From Verrucomicrobiales bacterium (lineage in GTDB: Bacteria; Verrucomicrobiota; Verrucomicrobiia; Verrucomicrobiales; SLCJ01), in assembly GCA_046075565.1 (NCBI GenBank), contig JBJTQJ010000025.1:73326-137325 (forward strand): a stretch of 64,000 nt of DNA, read 5' to 3'. Positions within the stretch are counted from its first letter, which is position 1. Each line of letters opens with the position of its first letter. The translations under genes and the position numbers were made by a program. The notes under the pieces were generated by a model, which worked only from the letters and a program-made list of their open reading frames with translations, ran no database searches and was not told where the DNA came from. Below are positions 26,610-34,703 of this stretch, one piece after another.

Positions 26610-28148
26610 ATGGGCACGGTCGCACCATCCGGGCTGGAGAAGCCGCGTTCGTCCGGGCGAGCGACCGCGGTGCGCCGGTTGGTTTTGATAGGTGCCGGGC
26701 TTGCTCTACTGGGGACGATCGAATCAGGCCGCGTCGGCAGTGTGATTCCGGCGATGGACGACCATTTGTTAGTTTCGATGCAGAAGTTCCTGCCTCCGGG
26801 ACGAAAAGGCCCGCTCGTGCTGGAGTCGAGGCCCGACAAGGATACGCGGGTTTTCGCACCAGCGCCCGATGATTCACCTTTGCCGGTGCCGCTCTGTCGT
26901 TACGAAAAGGCGGATCAATCGATTCTTGTGGAATGGCCACCAGGTCCCGTGGATCTCGCCATGGCCATCGAAACCATGGGCGCCGCCAAATCGCTGGCCC
27001 TTGCCTGGGCACCGGACTGGGAAGCTCCCGCCGAAGGCACGCTCGCGCTGCGCGCTTTTGCCAACGCGCGTTCCCAAGCAAAAGACCTGCCGTTTCTGCA
27101 CGCTTATTGGCCGGGCTTCACCGCCGCCGCGGACGAGAATGCCCTAGCTCTTCTTGCCCTGCCACCGGTGATCCCATCGTCAAACGTACGCGGCGAAGTC
27201 GCCAACATCCCCGAAGTGAACGACCCTGGCCCATGGCCGCCCGAAGCAGCGGGGTTGCCGCCCGCCGATGCCGGCTTCGGTCGATTGTTGTTGCTTGCGC
27301 CCCTCGATGCCCCACCGGCGCGCGTGGCTTTGCCGATGCTCGTTCGTTCCGGCGAACGAATTCTCCCCTCCCTGAGCCTGCTCGCGTTCACGCGGGCGAA
27401 TCGAATCGAGATTTCATCGGTCGATGTGCGCCTCGGTGGTGCCATTCTCGCCGGGAAAACAACCATCCCGGTGGATGAACGCGGTTGCCTGCTCCTCCCG
27501 ACCTCGTTCGCCAATCGGGTGCCCGTGATTTCACCACTGGCGGAAGATGCCCATGCCGTGGTTCGGGAAAAATGTGTTGTCATCGCCCACGAAGGCCTGG
27601 CCTCACAAAGCGGTGCCAGCGGCGATGTCGGGATGTGGACTGCCGCCGCACTTGGAGCCATGGAAGCGGATGACTTCGCTCTGCCAATCCGAATCCTGCG
27701 CCGCGCCCCGACCGCGGCGACCATTGGGGTGATGGCCCTGCTCATCCTCGGGAGTGTGGCCTCCCTCTGGTTTCCACGTCGCCAACGCTGGTGGGTGGCG
27801 GTGGCGCTGTTCGCCGCACTGGCCCTTTACGCCCGTTATGCCGCGCAAGCGCATGGACAGTTCATCGGTCTATCTTTGCCTCTCTTCATCTGGCTGGCGA
27901 CCACACTCCTGGCCATGCTTTTTTCGCCACCAATCGCGACAAAGCCTCTTGTTCTCCCGAGCGCGGAGCGACCATCGGCCACTCCACCCGAAGCACCCGC
28001 TGTGAGCACGGTAGTGGAGACATCCCCGCTGCCGGAACCTCTTCCGGCACCAACTTCGGAGCAGGAACTCAACCTTGCGGATCCGCGGAGGCCCGTGGAC
28101 CCGACCAGGACAAAGCCGAAGTCCGGAAAGCGCCGACGCAAAGGCTGA
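26610..28148 (+). CDS. CHASE2-like membrane protein with Pro-rich tail
   Basis: N-terminal anchor, EWPP.P.D, LPSLSL, IPVDERG, then 3 TM helices and a Pro/Lys-rich tail; no output domain. Confidence 0.65.
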   Translation: MGTVAPSGLEKPRSSGRATAVRRLVLIGAGLALLGTIESGRVGSVIPAMDDHLLVSMQKFLPPGRKGPLVLESRPDKDTRVFAPAPDDSPLPVPLCRYEKADQSILVEWPPGPVDLAMAIETMGAAKSLALAWAPDWEAPAEGTLALRAFANARSQAKDLPFLHAYWPGFTAAADENALALLALPPVIPSSNVRGEVANIPEVNDPGPWPPEAAGLPPADAGFGRLLLLAPLDAPPARVALPMLVRSGERILPSLSLLAFTRANRIEISSVDVRLGGAILAGKTTIPVDERGCLLLPTSFANRVPVISPLAEDAHAVVREKCVVIAHEGLASQSGASGDVGMWTAAALGAMEADDFALPIRILRRAPTAATIGVMALLILGSVASLWFPRRQRWWVAVALFAALALYARYAAQAHGQFIGLSLPLFIWLATTLLAMLFSPPIATKPLVLPSAERPSATPPEAPAVSTVVETSPLPEPLPAPTSEQELNLADPRRPVDPTRTKPKSGKRRRKG

Positions 28149-28193
28149 ATCGGCGTGGGCATCCGGCCCGCATCACAACACCACACCGGCATG

Positions 28194-28558
28194 TTCGTCG
28201 GCTCGCGGAGTAGGACAAAAAGTCAAGCTGCTATCTGCATGATCACACCATCTCGCGCATCGATGGGATAGTGATCCTGGCCATTGGGATGAGCTCTCGT
28301 GCGAAAAATGGGGTGCCGCCTTCTCTTGGCCGTCTATGGTCTCATTCGCGCTATCCCGAAGGGATTGTGTCCCGGAGCCCGGGGTTGCCCCGTGTGCGCG
28401 GCTACCCCGGGCTTTGGTGCGGAACCCCGTTGGGGTTCGATCTTGCCTGCCTCTGCTCCATCGAACGCACCGAAGGGCAACGCAGAGCAACACAATACAA
28501 ATCCACCCGATTTCCAGAAGAGCCGACTTTTTCGTCCTGCGCCCGTCGACTCGACGAA
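28194..28558. mobile_element. MITE-like element with imperfect terminal inverted repeats
   Basis: TTCGTCGGCTCGCGGAGTAGGACAAAAAGTC (28194-28224) aligns with the reverse complement of 28525-28558 (TTCGTCGAGTCGACGGGCGCAGGACGAAAAAGTC); no credible ORF inside. Confidence 0.45.
28353..28438. repeat. REP-like triple-hairpin palindrome
   Basis: ATCCC-GAA-GGGAT; AGCCCGGGGTTGCC-N10-GGCTACCCCGGGCT; GAACCCC-GTT-GGGGTTC. Confidence 0.65.
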
Positions 28559-28593
28559 AAGATACTAGTTCTTGTTAGGCGTTCGTGTTTACG

Positions 28594-29343
28594 TTAGAAC
28601 GACCATTGCAAGGCTGTGCCACCGTGAAAGAAATCGATCAATTGTTCATCCCCCGGAGATGTGGCAGCCCTGCTCAGTGCCCAACTGTAAGCGGTGTGCG
28701 CTGTTACTGAGATTGAATCCGTTAGGGCGAATTCCAATCCCGCGCTGATGGCAATGTGGTTGGCGCCGTCATGGCCGTCGGCCACGTAACCTTGGTTGAT
28801 CCCGAATGGAACGGAGACATTCAGGGAAAGATTATCGGTAATATAGAATTCACGGTTGGCGGAGATTTCCGCAAAAAATCCCTCGGCATCAAATGAGTAA
28901 TAGATATCGGCGGATAGTTCGACATCCAGCGGCAACCCCGACCATGTGATCCCGGCGCCAAGCTCGTTATCGTGCGCACCGTCAAACGGGAACCTGAGAT
29001 GGGTGTAACCCCCGTAGAACTCGAAGTCCCCGATGCTTTGGGAAAGGGAAAGCGCCAGTTGCAATTCATCATAGCGCTGGTCGGGTGAATACCCATACCA
29101 CACCCCTCCCGTGAGGTGCTTCCACCCCATCTCAAAACTGCCGACTAACAGGGAATCTCCATCCAGGTTGTCCCGGCCCTCCGAGAAATAGCGGCTTTCC
29201 CATCCCAGATGGGCGTGACCCTCGATTGATTCGTGATCATGCGGTCGCTCAAAGGGCTGATGCGCTTCGGGTTCGTGCCCGAATACGGTCAACGTGCTGG
29301 CAAAGCAGCAGACAAGAAAGGGCACGCTTGCTTTCAGGGACAT
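28594..29343 (-). CDS. Outer-membrane beta-barrel protein with His-rich N-terminus
   Basis: Signal peptide, HEPEAHQPFERPHDHESIEGHAH, alternating amphipathic strands, terminal LQWSF. Confidence 0.75.
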   Translation of the reverse strand: MSLKASVPFLVCCFASTLTVFGHEPEAHQPFERPHDHESIEGHAHLGWESRYFSEGRDNLDGDSLLVGSFEMGWKHLTGGVWYGYSPDQRYDELQLALSLSQSIGDFEFYGGYTHLRFPFDGAHDNELGAGITWSGLPLDVELSADIYYSFDAEGFFAEISANREFYITDNLSLNVSVPFGINQGYVADGHDGANHIAISAGLEFALTDSISVTAHTAYSWALSRAATSPGDEQLIDFFHGGTALQWSF

Positions 29344-29370
29344 GTGAATTTGCGTTGGTTGGATCTCTTT

Positions 29371-29481
29371 GCCCAGCTCCAAGAGCTGACACTCCCAGCC
29401 GCGGGCGCCAATCCGTAACAGAGCAATGGATGCAAATCAAAGGGATCCTTTTGACCCGGGGTTGGTAACACGTTGTTCTGT
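29371..29481 (-). other. Possible degenerate attC-like site
   Basis: Minus strand ACAGAACAA just after the upstream gene's stop and GCTGGGC (one mismatch to GTTRRRY) before the next gene; arm pairing is weak. Confidence 0.25.
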
Positions 29482-29491
29482 GCCGGTTGGT

Positions 29492-30007
29492 TCAGTTTTT
29501 CCGCAATTCTTCGATCTTGGAGAAATCGATCTCAAAGGGTTTCTCGCGTCCCTCCACGTCGATGGAAATCACCTCTTCTTTCCGGGTGACCTTGCCCCGC
29601 CAAATCCGCCAGAAGTCCCCGATTGGACCAATCTCATCGTCCCGGTAGCGTCTGGGAGTGCCTAACTCCGCATACGTCTTTTTCAAAACCACACCCTCAC
29701 TGGAATAGACCGTCAGCGCCTCTGTCTTGATGTCCTCCGCTTTCACGAATGTCCAGGCAACCCACAGAACGTGTTTCCCGTCGTTTGAGACCGAATAGTT
29801 GTTATGCCACACATCTTTCTTGAATGACCAAAGAACTTTTGTTCCCTCCCGGACTTCGTGCTGACCGCTCTTGGCGTTGATGTGGAGTAGGTATCGTCCA
29901 TTGGGAGACTTCACCTCCTCATCCTCCGGAGCGGCAAATTTAGTCGCTCTTGCGCTGCTGATAAGGCTGAAGAAAATGACTGTCGAAAAGGTGAGTAAGG
30001 TATTCAT
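29492..30007 (-). CDS. Exported hypothetical protein
   Basis: Signal peptide MNTLLTF...SSARA; SPNGRY and VSNDGK beta-propeller-like blades; Lys-rich and more AT-rich than the flanks. Confidence 0.7.
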   Translation of the reverse strand: MNTLLTFSTVIFFSLISSARATKFAAPEDEEVKSPNGRYLLHINAKSGQHEVREGTKVLWSFKKDVWHNNYSVSNDGKHVLWVAWTFVKAEDIKTEALTVYSSEGVVLKKTYAELGTPRRYRDDEIGPIGDFWRIWRGKVTRKEEVISIDVEGREKPFEIDFSKIEELRKN

Positions 30008-30126
30008 GGCAACTGAAGGACACGTTGGTTTCAAGTCTCTTGGAAATTTGTGTCTAAGAGTATTGTCGTTCGACCGGTCTTTGTTATGAAAAAAGGCGGC
30101 CGACGGTCGTGTGCCCGCGGTGGGCC

Positions 30127-30468
30127 TCAGCCCTTGACCGGTGGCAGTTCTTCCCCTTCGAGATCGTCGAAGTTGTATTCCTCGAAACCGTATTCGCCGA
30201 CACTTCCATCGCGGATGCGTTCGAGCGTTCGGGCGCTGCCCCGGCGGGAAGTGGGCCCGGTGACGCGTTGTTTCACCAGACTGGCGAGCAACGGGGCGGC
30301 AGCCAAAATGGCAATACCGATGAGCGTGACACCGGCGGCGCGTCGGGAGGAGGAATCGAGGGTGCCGCCAATCAACATGCCAATGCCGGCGCCGGCGGCG
30401 GCCGGACCGACCGAAAGGGCGATGGTGGTGGCCACGGGATTGACGGAATGATTGAGCGGATTATCCAT
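30127..30468 (-). CDS. Small membrane protein
   Basis: Gly/Ala-rich TM hairpin and acidic tail; start at ATG 30468. Confidence 0.7.
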   Translation of the reverse strand: MDNPLNHSVNPVATTIALSVGPAAAGAGIGMLIGGTLDSSSRRAAGVTLIGIAILAAAPLLASLVKQRVTGPTSRRGSARTLERIRDGSVGEYGFEEYNFDDLEGEELPPVKG

Positions 30469-30545
30469 ATTCCATTCATACCCCATTCCTCGCACGAGGA
30501 AAAGCGGATTCGTCGCTCGGATTCGAATCTTCTCGCCGGTGGCGA

Positions 30546-32609
30546 TCATCGGCCGCCGAAAAGCCGATCGAAAAGACCGCGTTTCTTCGGTGGTTCGGGC
30601 GGGGCCGCTTCCACAGGGCGGGCCGGGCGCACCGGCACGTTGATTCCCCGCAGCACTTCGGCGGCGACCGCACGCGCATCCTCGTTCTCGCCCGCGCCTC
30701 CGGCATTTTCCTCAGCCTCGGCGCGTTCGCGCGCGGCATCTTCGGCCTCGCGCATGGCGGTTTCGATGGCGTCGGTTTTTTTGCTCGCGAGCAATTCCTT
30801 GTCGGCCTTCACTTCGGCTTCCATGAGCGGGCCAAAAAAGGCCGAAGCCAGCGGGGCCGCGTTTTTGCCGCCGGAGACGGTTTGTCCCGGTGCCCCTTCA
30901 TGAAGAATCGCGAAGGCATATTTCGGTTTATTCACGGGCACGACACCTGCGAACCAAGCTACATACTGGTTCTTGGCCGGCACCCATTGGCCTGTGCCGG
31001 TTTTGCCGCCCAACTTGGCGGCCTTGATGCCCGCGCTTTTTCCGGTGCCGTAGCCGGAATTCACCACATCACTCATGCCCTGGAGAATGGTTTCAATGTC
31101 ATCACTGCGGAAAGTGAGCGGGGTACCGCGGGTTTCTGGCATGGGGAGGAGATTATGGTTCAAATCCTGGATTTGGCGAACGAGGCGCACCGGGGGCAAC
31201 TCCGCGCCGTTGCCGATGGCGGCCATGGCGCGGCATACCTGCAATGGTGTCGAGAGCAAGGCACCTTGGCCGATACCAAAGTTGGCGAGATCGCCGCCGG
31301 CGAGTTTCGGGCGGCCCATGATCTTCTGGGCCCAAGTGTGATCGGGCACGAAGCCCTTGGCCTCGCCCGTAAGCGGGATGCCTGTGCGTTGCCCGTATCC
31401 CAAGGCCAACGAGGTGCGGATGAGCGGGTCGCCGCCCATCTTGAGAGCGACCTGGTAAAACCATGTGTTGGTCGAGCGGGCCAGTGCCTTTTCGACATCG
31501 ATGTCCCCCTCGTGGGTTTTCGACCAGTTGTTGAATACACGGTTGCCAACCTGAAGGGATGGCGGGCCGGGCAGCAGGGTGTGTTTGTCCACCACACCGC
31601 TATCGAGTGCGGCCAGACCTACGGTCAGTTTGTAAACCGACGCCGGGGGATACATCGACTGGTAAGCTCTAGCGAGCAATGGCTTCGATGGATCATCGTT
31701 CAACTTCGCCAGATCTTCCGGGCTGATCGCCGGAATAAAAACATTCGGATCGAAGGTCGGCCAGGATCCCATCACCAGCACTTCGCCGGTTTTGACATCC
31801 ATCACCACGAAAGCACCCCGGCGCGAATTTTGCGCGATGATACTTTCCACCCTTTTCTGCATCGCAAGATCGAGCGTGGTAACGACGGTGTGCCCGGGCA
31901 CCGGTTTCGTGTCCACTTCCCACGAGATACGACTTCCATCGGCTCCGTACAAGGCGCTGAGGCTGCCCTCCTTGCCTTTGAGTTCTTTGTCCATAGTCAA
32001 TTCAAGTCCGGCCCGACCTTCGCTGTCTTCCCAGAGTGGATCGCCATTCTCCGCGGGACCGGTCGGGAACCACCCGACTTTTCCCACATAACCGACGATA
32101 TGGGCGGCCGCGTTCCCTTGTGGATAAAAGCGCTGGTAACTGGCGTGGAGGAAAAGATGCTCCGACTTCAGCGGCTCGAGTTTCTTTTCCTGTTCCTCGG
32201 TCAGGATGGGAGTGAAGGCGAGCGGCAACCAGCGCCGGTTCTGGTAGTGATTCAAGATCACCTTGTCTTCCAGATCCCATTTTTGCCCGACTGCGGTGTT
32301 GGCGCTAACGAATTGCCTGCGTGCGAAGGCAAGGATCTCGGCATCGGTGGCATTGCGGAGAAGGGGAAAATTGATCGCCATCTGCCGCACGACGCGGTTT
32401 TGGGCGAGCGGACGCCCATGACGATCGGTGATGAGTCCGCGCGGCGCGGGCACCCGCAAACGCAAAGCCCGCGCGTGGGGATTGGTCTGCCATTGGGCTT
32501 CGAGGACCGCCTTGGCTTCGCGCACGGGAGGCGCCTCCTCCTCCTGGGCCGGAAGATGAAGACCCGCCGCGAATGTGACGGCGGCGATACGGACCAATGT
32601 TTGTTTCAT
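30546..32609 (-). CDS. mrdA: Penicillin-binding protein 2 (class B transpeptidase)
   Basis: APRGLITDR, R.YP.G...AHIVGYVG, SVYK (SxxK), STN (SxN), KTGT. Confidence 0.9.
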   Translation of the reverse strand: MKQTLVRIAAVTFAAGLHLPAQEEEAPPVREAKAVLEAQWQTNPHARALRLRVPAPRGLITDRHGRPLAQNRVVRQMAINFPLLRNATDAEILAFARRQFVSANTAVGQKWDLEDKVILNHYQNRRWLPLAFTPILTEEQEKKLEPLKSEHLFLHASYQRFYPQGNAAAHIVGYVGKVGWFPTGPAENGDPLWEDSEGRAGLELTMDKELKGKEGSLSALYGADGSRISWEVDTKPVPGHTVVTTLDLAMQKRVESIIAQNSRRGAFVVMDVKTGEVLVMGSWPTFDPNVFIPAISPEDLAKLNDDPSKPLLARAYQSMYPPASVYKLTVGLAALDSGVVDKHTLLPGPPSLQVGNRVFNNWSKTHEGDIDVEKALARSTNTWFYQVALKMGGDPLIRTSLALGYGQRTGIPLTGEAKGFVPDHTWAQKIMGRPKLAGGDLANFGIGQGALLSTPLQVCRAMAAIGNGAELPPVRLVRQIQDLNHNLLPMPETRGTPLTFRSDDIETILQGMSDVVNSGYGTGKSAGIKAAKLGGKTGTGQWVPAKNQYVAWFAGVVPVNKPKYAFAILHEGAPGQTVSGGKNAAPLASAFFGPLMEAEVKADKELLASKKTDAIETAMREAEDAARERAEAEENAGGAGENEDARAVAAEVLRGINVPVRPARPVEAAPPEPPKKRGLFDRLFGGR

Positions 32610-33379
32610 GGTTTCGGGGCTTGGGCGGGGGAAGCGGGCACGGGCTCTTTCGGACCGAGATGTTTGGGCCCGGTGTCGAATACATACAAATCAAGTATCA
32701 TACGCACGCGGGCCAGCCGCTCTCGCAGCCAATTGCGGGCTCCGGCAGCTCCCGTCGGTTCGCCACCGCTGTTCAATCCGATGGCGTCGATATCGTGGTG
32801 GCGGGCCAGACAGATTGCCCGCTCGTTGTGGAAGCCCTGCGTGACAAAAAGAACCGAGGTCTGGCCGAAAACCTCCTTGACCCGCACCACGGAATCGAGC
32901 GTGCGCAGGCCCGCGAAATCGCGCACGATGCGGTCGGCCGGCACCCCTCGCGCCACCAGTTCGTTCTGCATGGCCTGGGGTTCGTTGTATTCCTTGGCCC
33001 GGTTGTCGCCCGAGACGATGATGAAGGGGACTTTGCCTGATTTCCACAAGGCCGCCGCCGCATCCATGCGGGCGGTGAAATAGGGGTTGTCCACACCGGG
33101 CGCGAGGAGAGGTGCCGTTCCGAAGACCAACGCCGGTCTACCCGAGGGGACGGATTCCACCGAGTCGTAGAGGCGATCCTTGGAAAGAAAACGAACGTAA
33201 CCGTCGGCGGCGGCCATCAGGAGCAACGTGACCAATACCACCACCAGAACGAAGCCGAAAATTCTCCGGAAAACCGCCCGCCAGACCGACGGCTTCTTCG
33301 GTTCAACATAGGCCGCCTCGAAGCCGCCCAACATCCGGGGGCCAACAGTCGAAGGGGAGCTGAAGCCGTCTCGTTTCAT
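32606..33379 (-). CDS. sanA: SanA/ElyC/YdcF (DUF218) family protein
   Basis: NPYF..R, VSGDN....YNEP..M, DFAGLRTLDS, TQ.FHNERA, LRE.LAR. Confidence 0.9.
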   Translation of the reverse strand: MKRDGFSSPSTVGPRMLGGFEAAYVEPKKPSVWRAVFRRIFGFVLVVVLVTLLLMAAADGYVRFLSKDRLYDSVESVPSGRPALVFGTAPLLAPGVDNPYFTARMDAAAALWKSGKVPFIIVSGDNRAKEYNEPQAMQNELVARGVPADRIVRDFAGLRTLDSVVRVKEVFGQTSVLFVTQGFHNERAICLARHHDIDAIGLNSGGEPTGAAGARNWLRERLARVRMILDLYVFDTGPKHLGPKEPVPASPAQAPKP

Positions 33380-33427
33380 CCGGGTTGGTGGGTGCGGAGG
33401 GGTTCGGCGGTCGCGATCAACCCGCCG

Positions 33428-34405
33428 TCAGCGAGATTTGGAAAGCAACGGGATGGAATCGGGACCGTGTTCGAGTGCCGCAACCGGTTCATGCTCCAGC
33501 ACGTCTTCCGCTTCGAGATCCAACTCGGGACGGAAATCCGCCGCATGATACGAGCTGCGCACCAGCGGCCCCGAGGCCACATGGCGGAATCCTTTCTCCA
33601 CGGCTCGTTCCTTATACCATTCGAATTTTACCGGTTCGATATATTCGACGACCGGCAAGTGGTTGATCGATGGCCGAAGATACTGGCCGAGCGTGAGCAC
33701 GGTGACCATCGATTCGCGCAGATCGTCCATGGCCCGGAGCACTTCGTCTTCTTTTTCTCCAAGCCCTAACATCATGCCGCTTTTCGTGGCCACCCGCCCG
33801 CCTGCCATCAGCTTGGCCTTTCTCAAGACGGAAAGCGAACGCGTGTAGCGTGCGCGCGAACGAACCAAGGGGGTAAGCCGCTCCACTGTCTCAAGGTTGT
33901 GATTGAAAATGTGCGGGCGCGCCTCCATGACCATCTGCAGCGCCCAGTCCTTGTCGTTGAAATCCGGGACGAGCACCTCGATGATGATTCCCGGCACTGC
34001 TTCGCGCACCGCCTCGATGACATGGGCGAAATGCTCGGCTCCCCCGTCCTTGAGATCGTCGCGGGCCACCGCCGTGATGACGACATGGCGCAAGCCCATC
34101 CGCTTGGTGGCTTCGGCCACGCGTTGCGGTTCGTCGGCTTCGAGGGCGAAGGGTTTCGCCGTTTTCACCGCGCAGAAACCGCAAGCCCGCGTGCAGCGGT
34201 CACCGGCAATCATGAAGGTCGCGGTCCCTTGCCCCCAACATTCCCAGCGATTCGGGCACTGGGCCTCCTCGCACACCGTCACCAGCTTCAAATCCGAAAC
34301 CATGGCCTTGGTGGACCAGAAAACCGGATTGTTGGGCAACCTCACCTTGATCCAGGATGGTTTTTTCTCCTGGTGCAGTTTCGGGTCGATTTTGGAGCAG
34401 GACAT
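33428..34405 (-). CDS. lipA: Lipoyl synthase
   Basis: CEEAQCPNRWEC, CTRACGFC, NHNLETV, LVRSSYHA. Confidence 0.98.
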   Translation of the reverse strand: MSCSKIDPKLHQEKKPSWIKVRLPNNPVFWSTKAMVSDLKLVTVCEEAQCPNRWECWGQGTATFMIAGDRCTRACGFCAVKTAKPFALEADEPQRVAEATKRMGLRHVVITAVARDDLKDGGAEHFAHVIEAVREAVPGIIIEVLVPDFNDKDWALQMVMEARPHIFNHNLETVERLTPLVRSRARYTRSLSVLRKAKLMAGGRVATKSGMMLGLGEKEDEVLRAMDDLRESMVTVLTLGQYLRPSINHLPVVEYIEPVKFEWYKERAVEKGFRHVASGPLVRSSYHAADFRPELDLEAEDVLEHEPVAALEHGPDSIPLLSKSR

Positions 34406-34703
34406 GGCAGCGGACAAGATACGATCCCCGCCCGTCGGCGCAATCCCAGCCCGCAAAAATCTTCCGGGATGGCCCCCGGAACGAAAATTTTCGCGATTTT
34501 GGGCTTTTCTCCCCGCGTACCGAAGTGTAAAAAGTGGCTTTGACGGCCCATAGGTCCGGTTCTTTCGGTTCCGGCAGAATTTGCAGAAATTTCCTAAACC
34601 GCGCCCGGAGGATCGGACATCTGCCTACTACCCATCTCCCGTCCACGCCCTGCCCCCCGAAAGGTGGGGAAGGTTTGGTCGGCCAACCCGTCCACCCTCA
34701 GTT

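Noticed and set aside
30882-33083. 733-aa plus-strand ORF
   Set aside because: Antisense shadow of mrdA and sanA.
34640-34700. c-di-GMP-I riboswitch (CCCCCC-GAAA-GGTGGGG hairpin)
   Set aside because: Lacks the GGCAAACC and GACGCAAAG core and the second stem.
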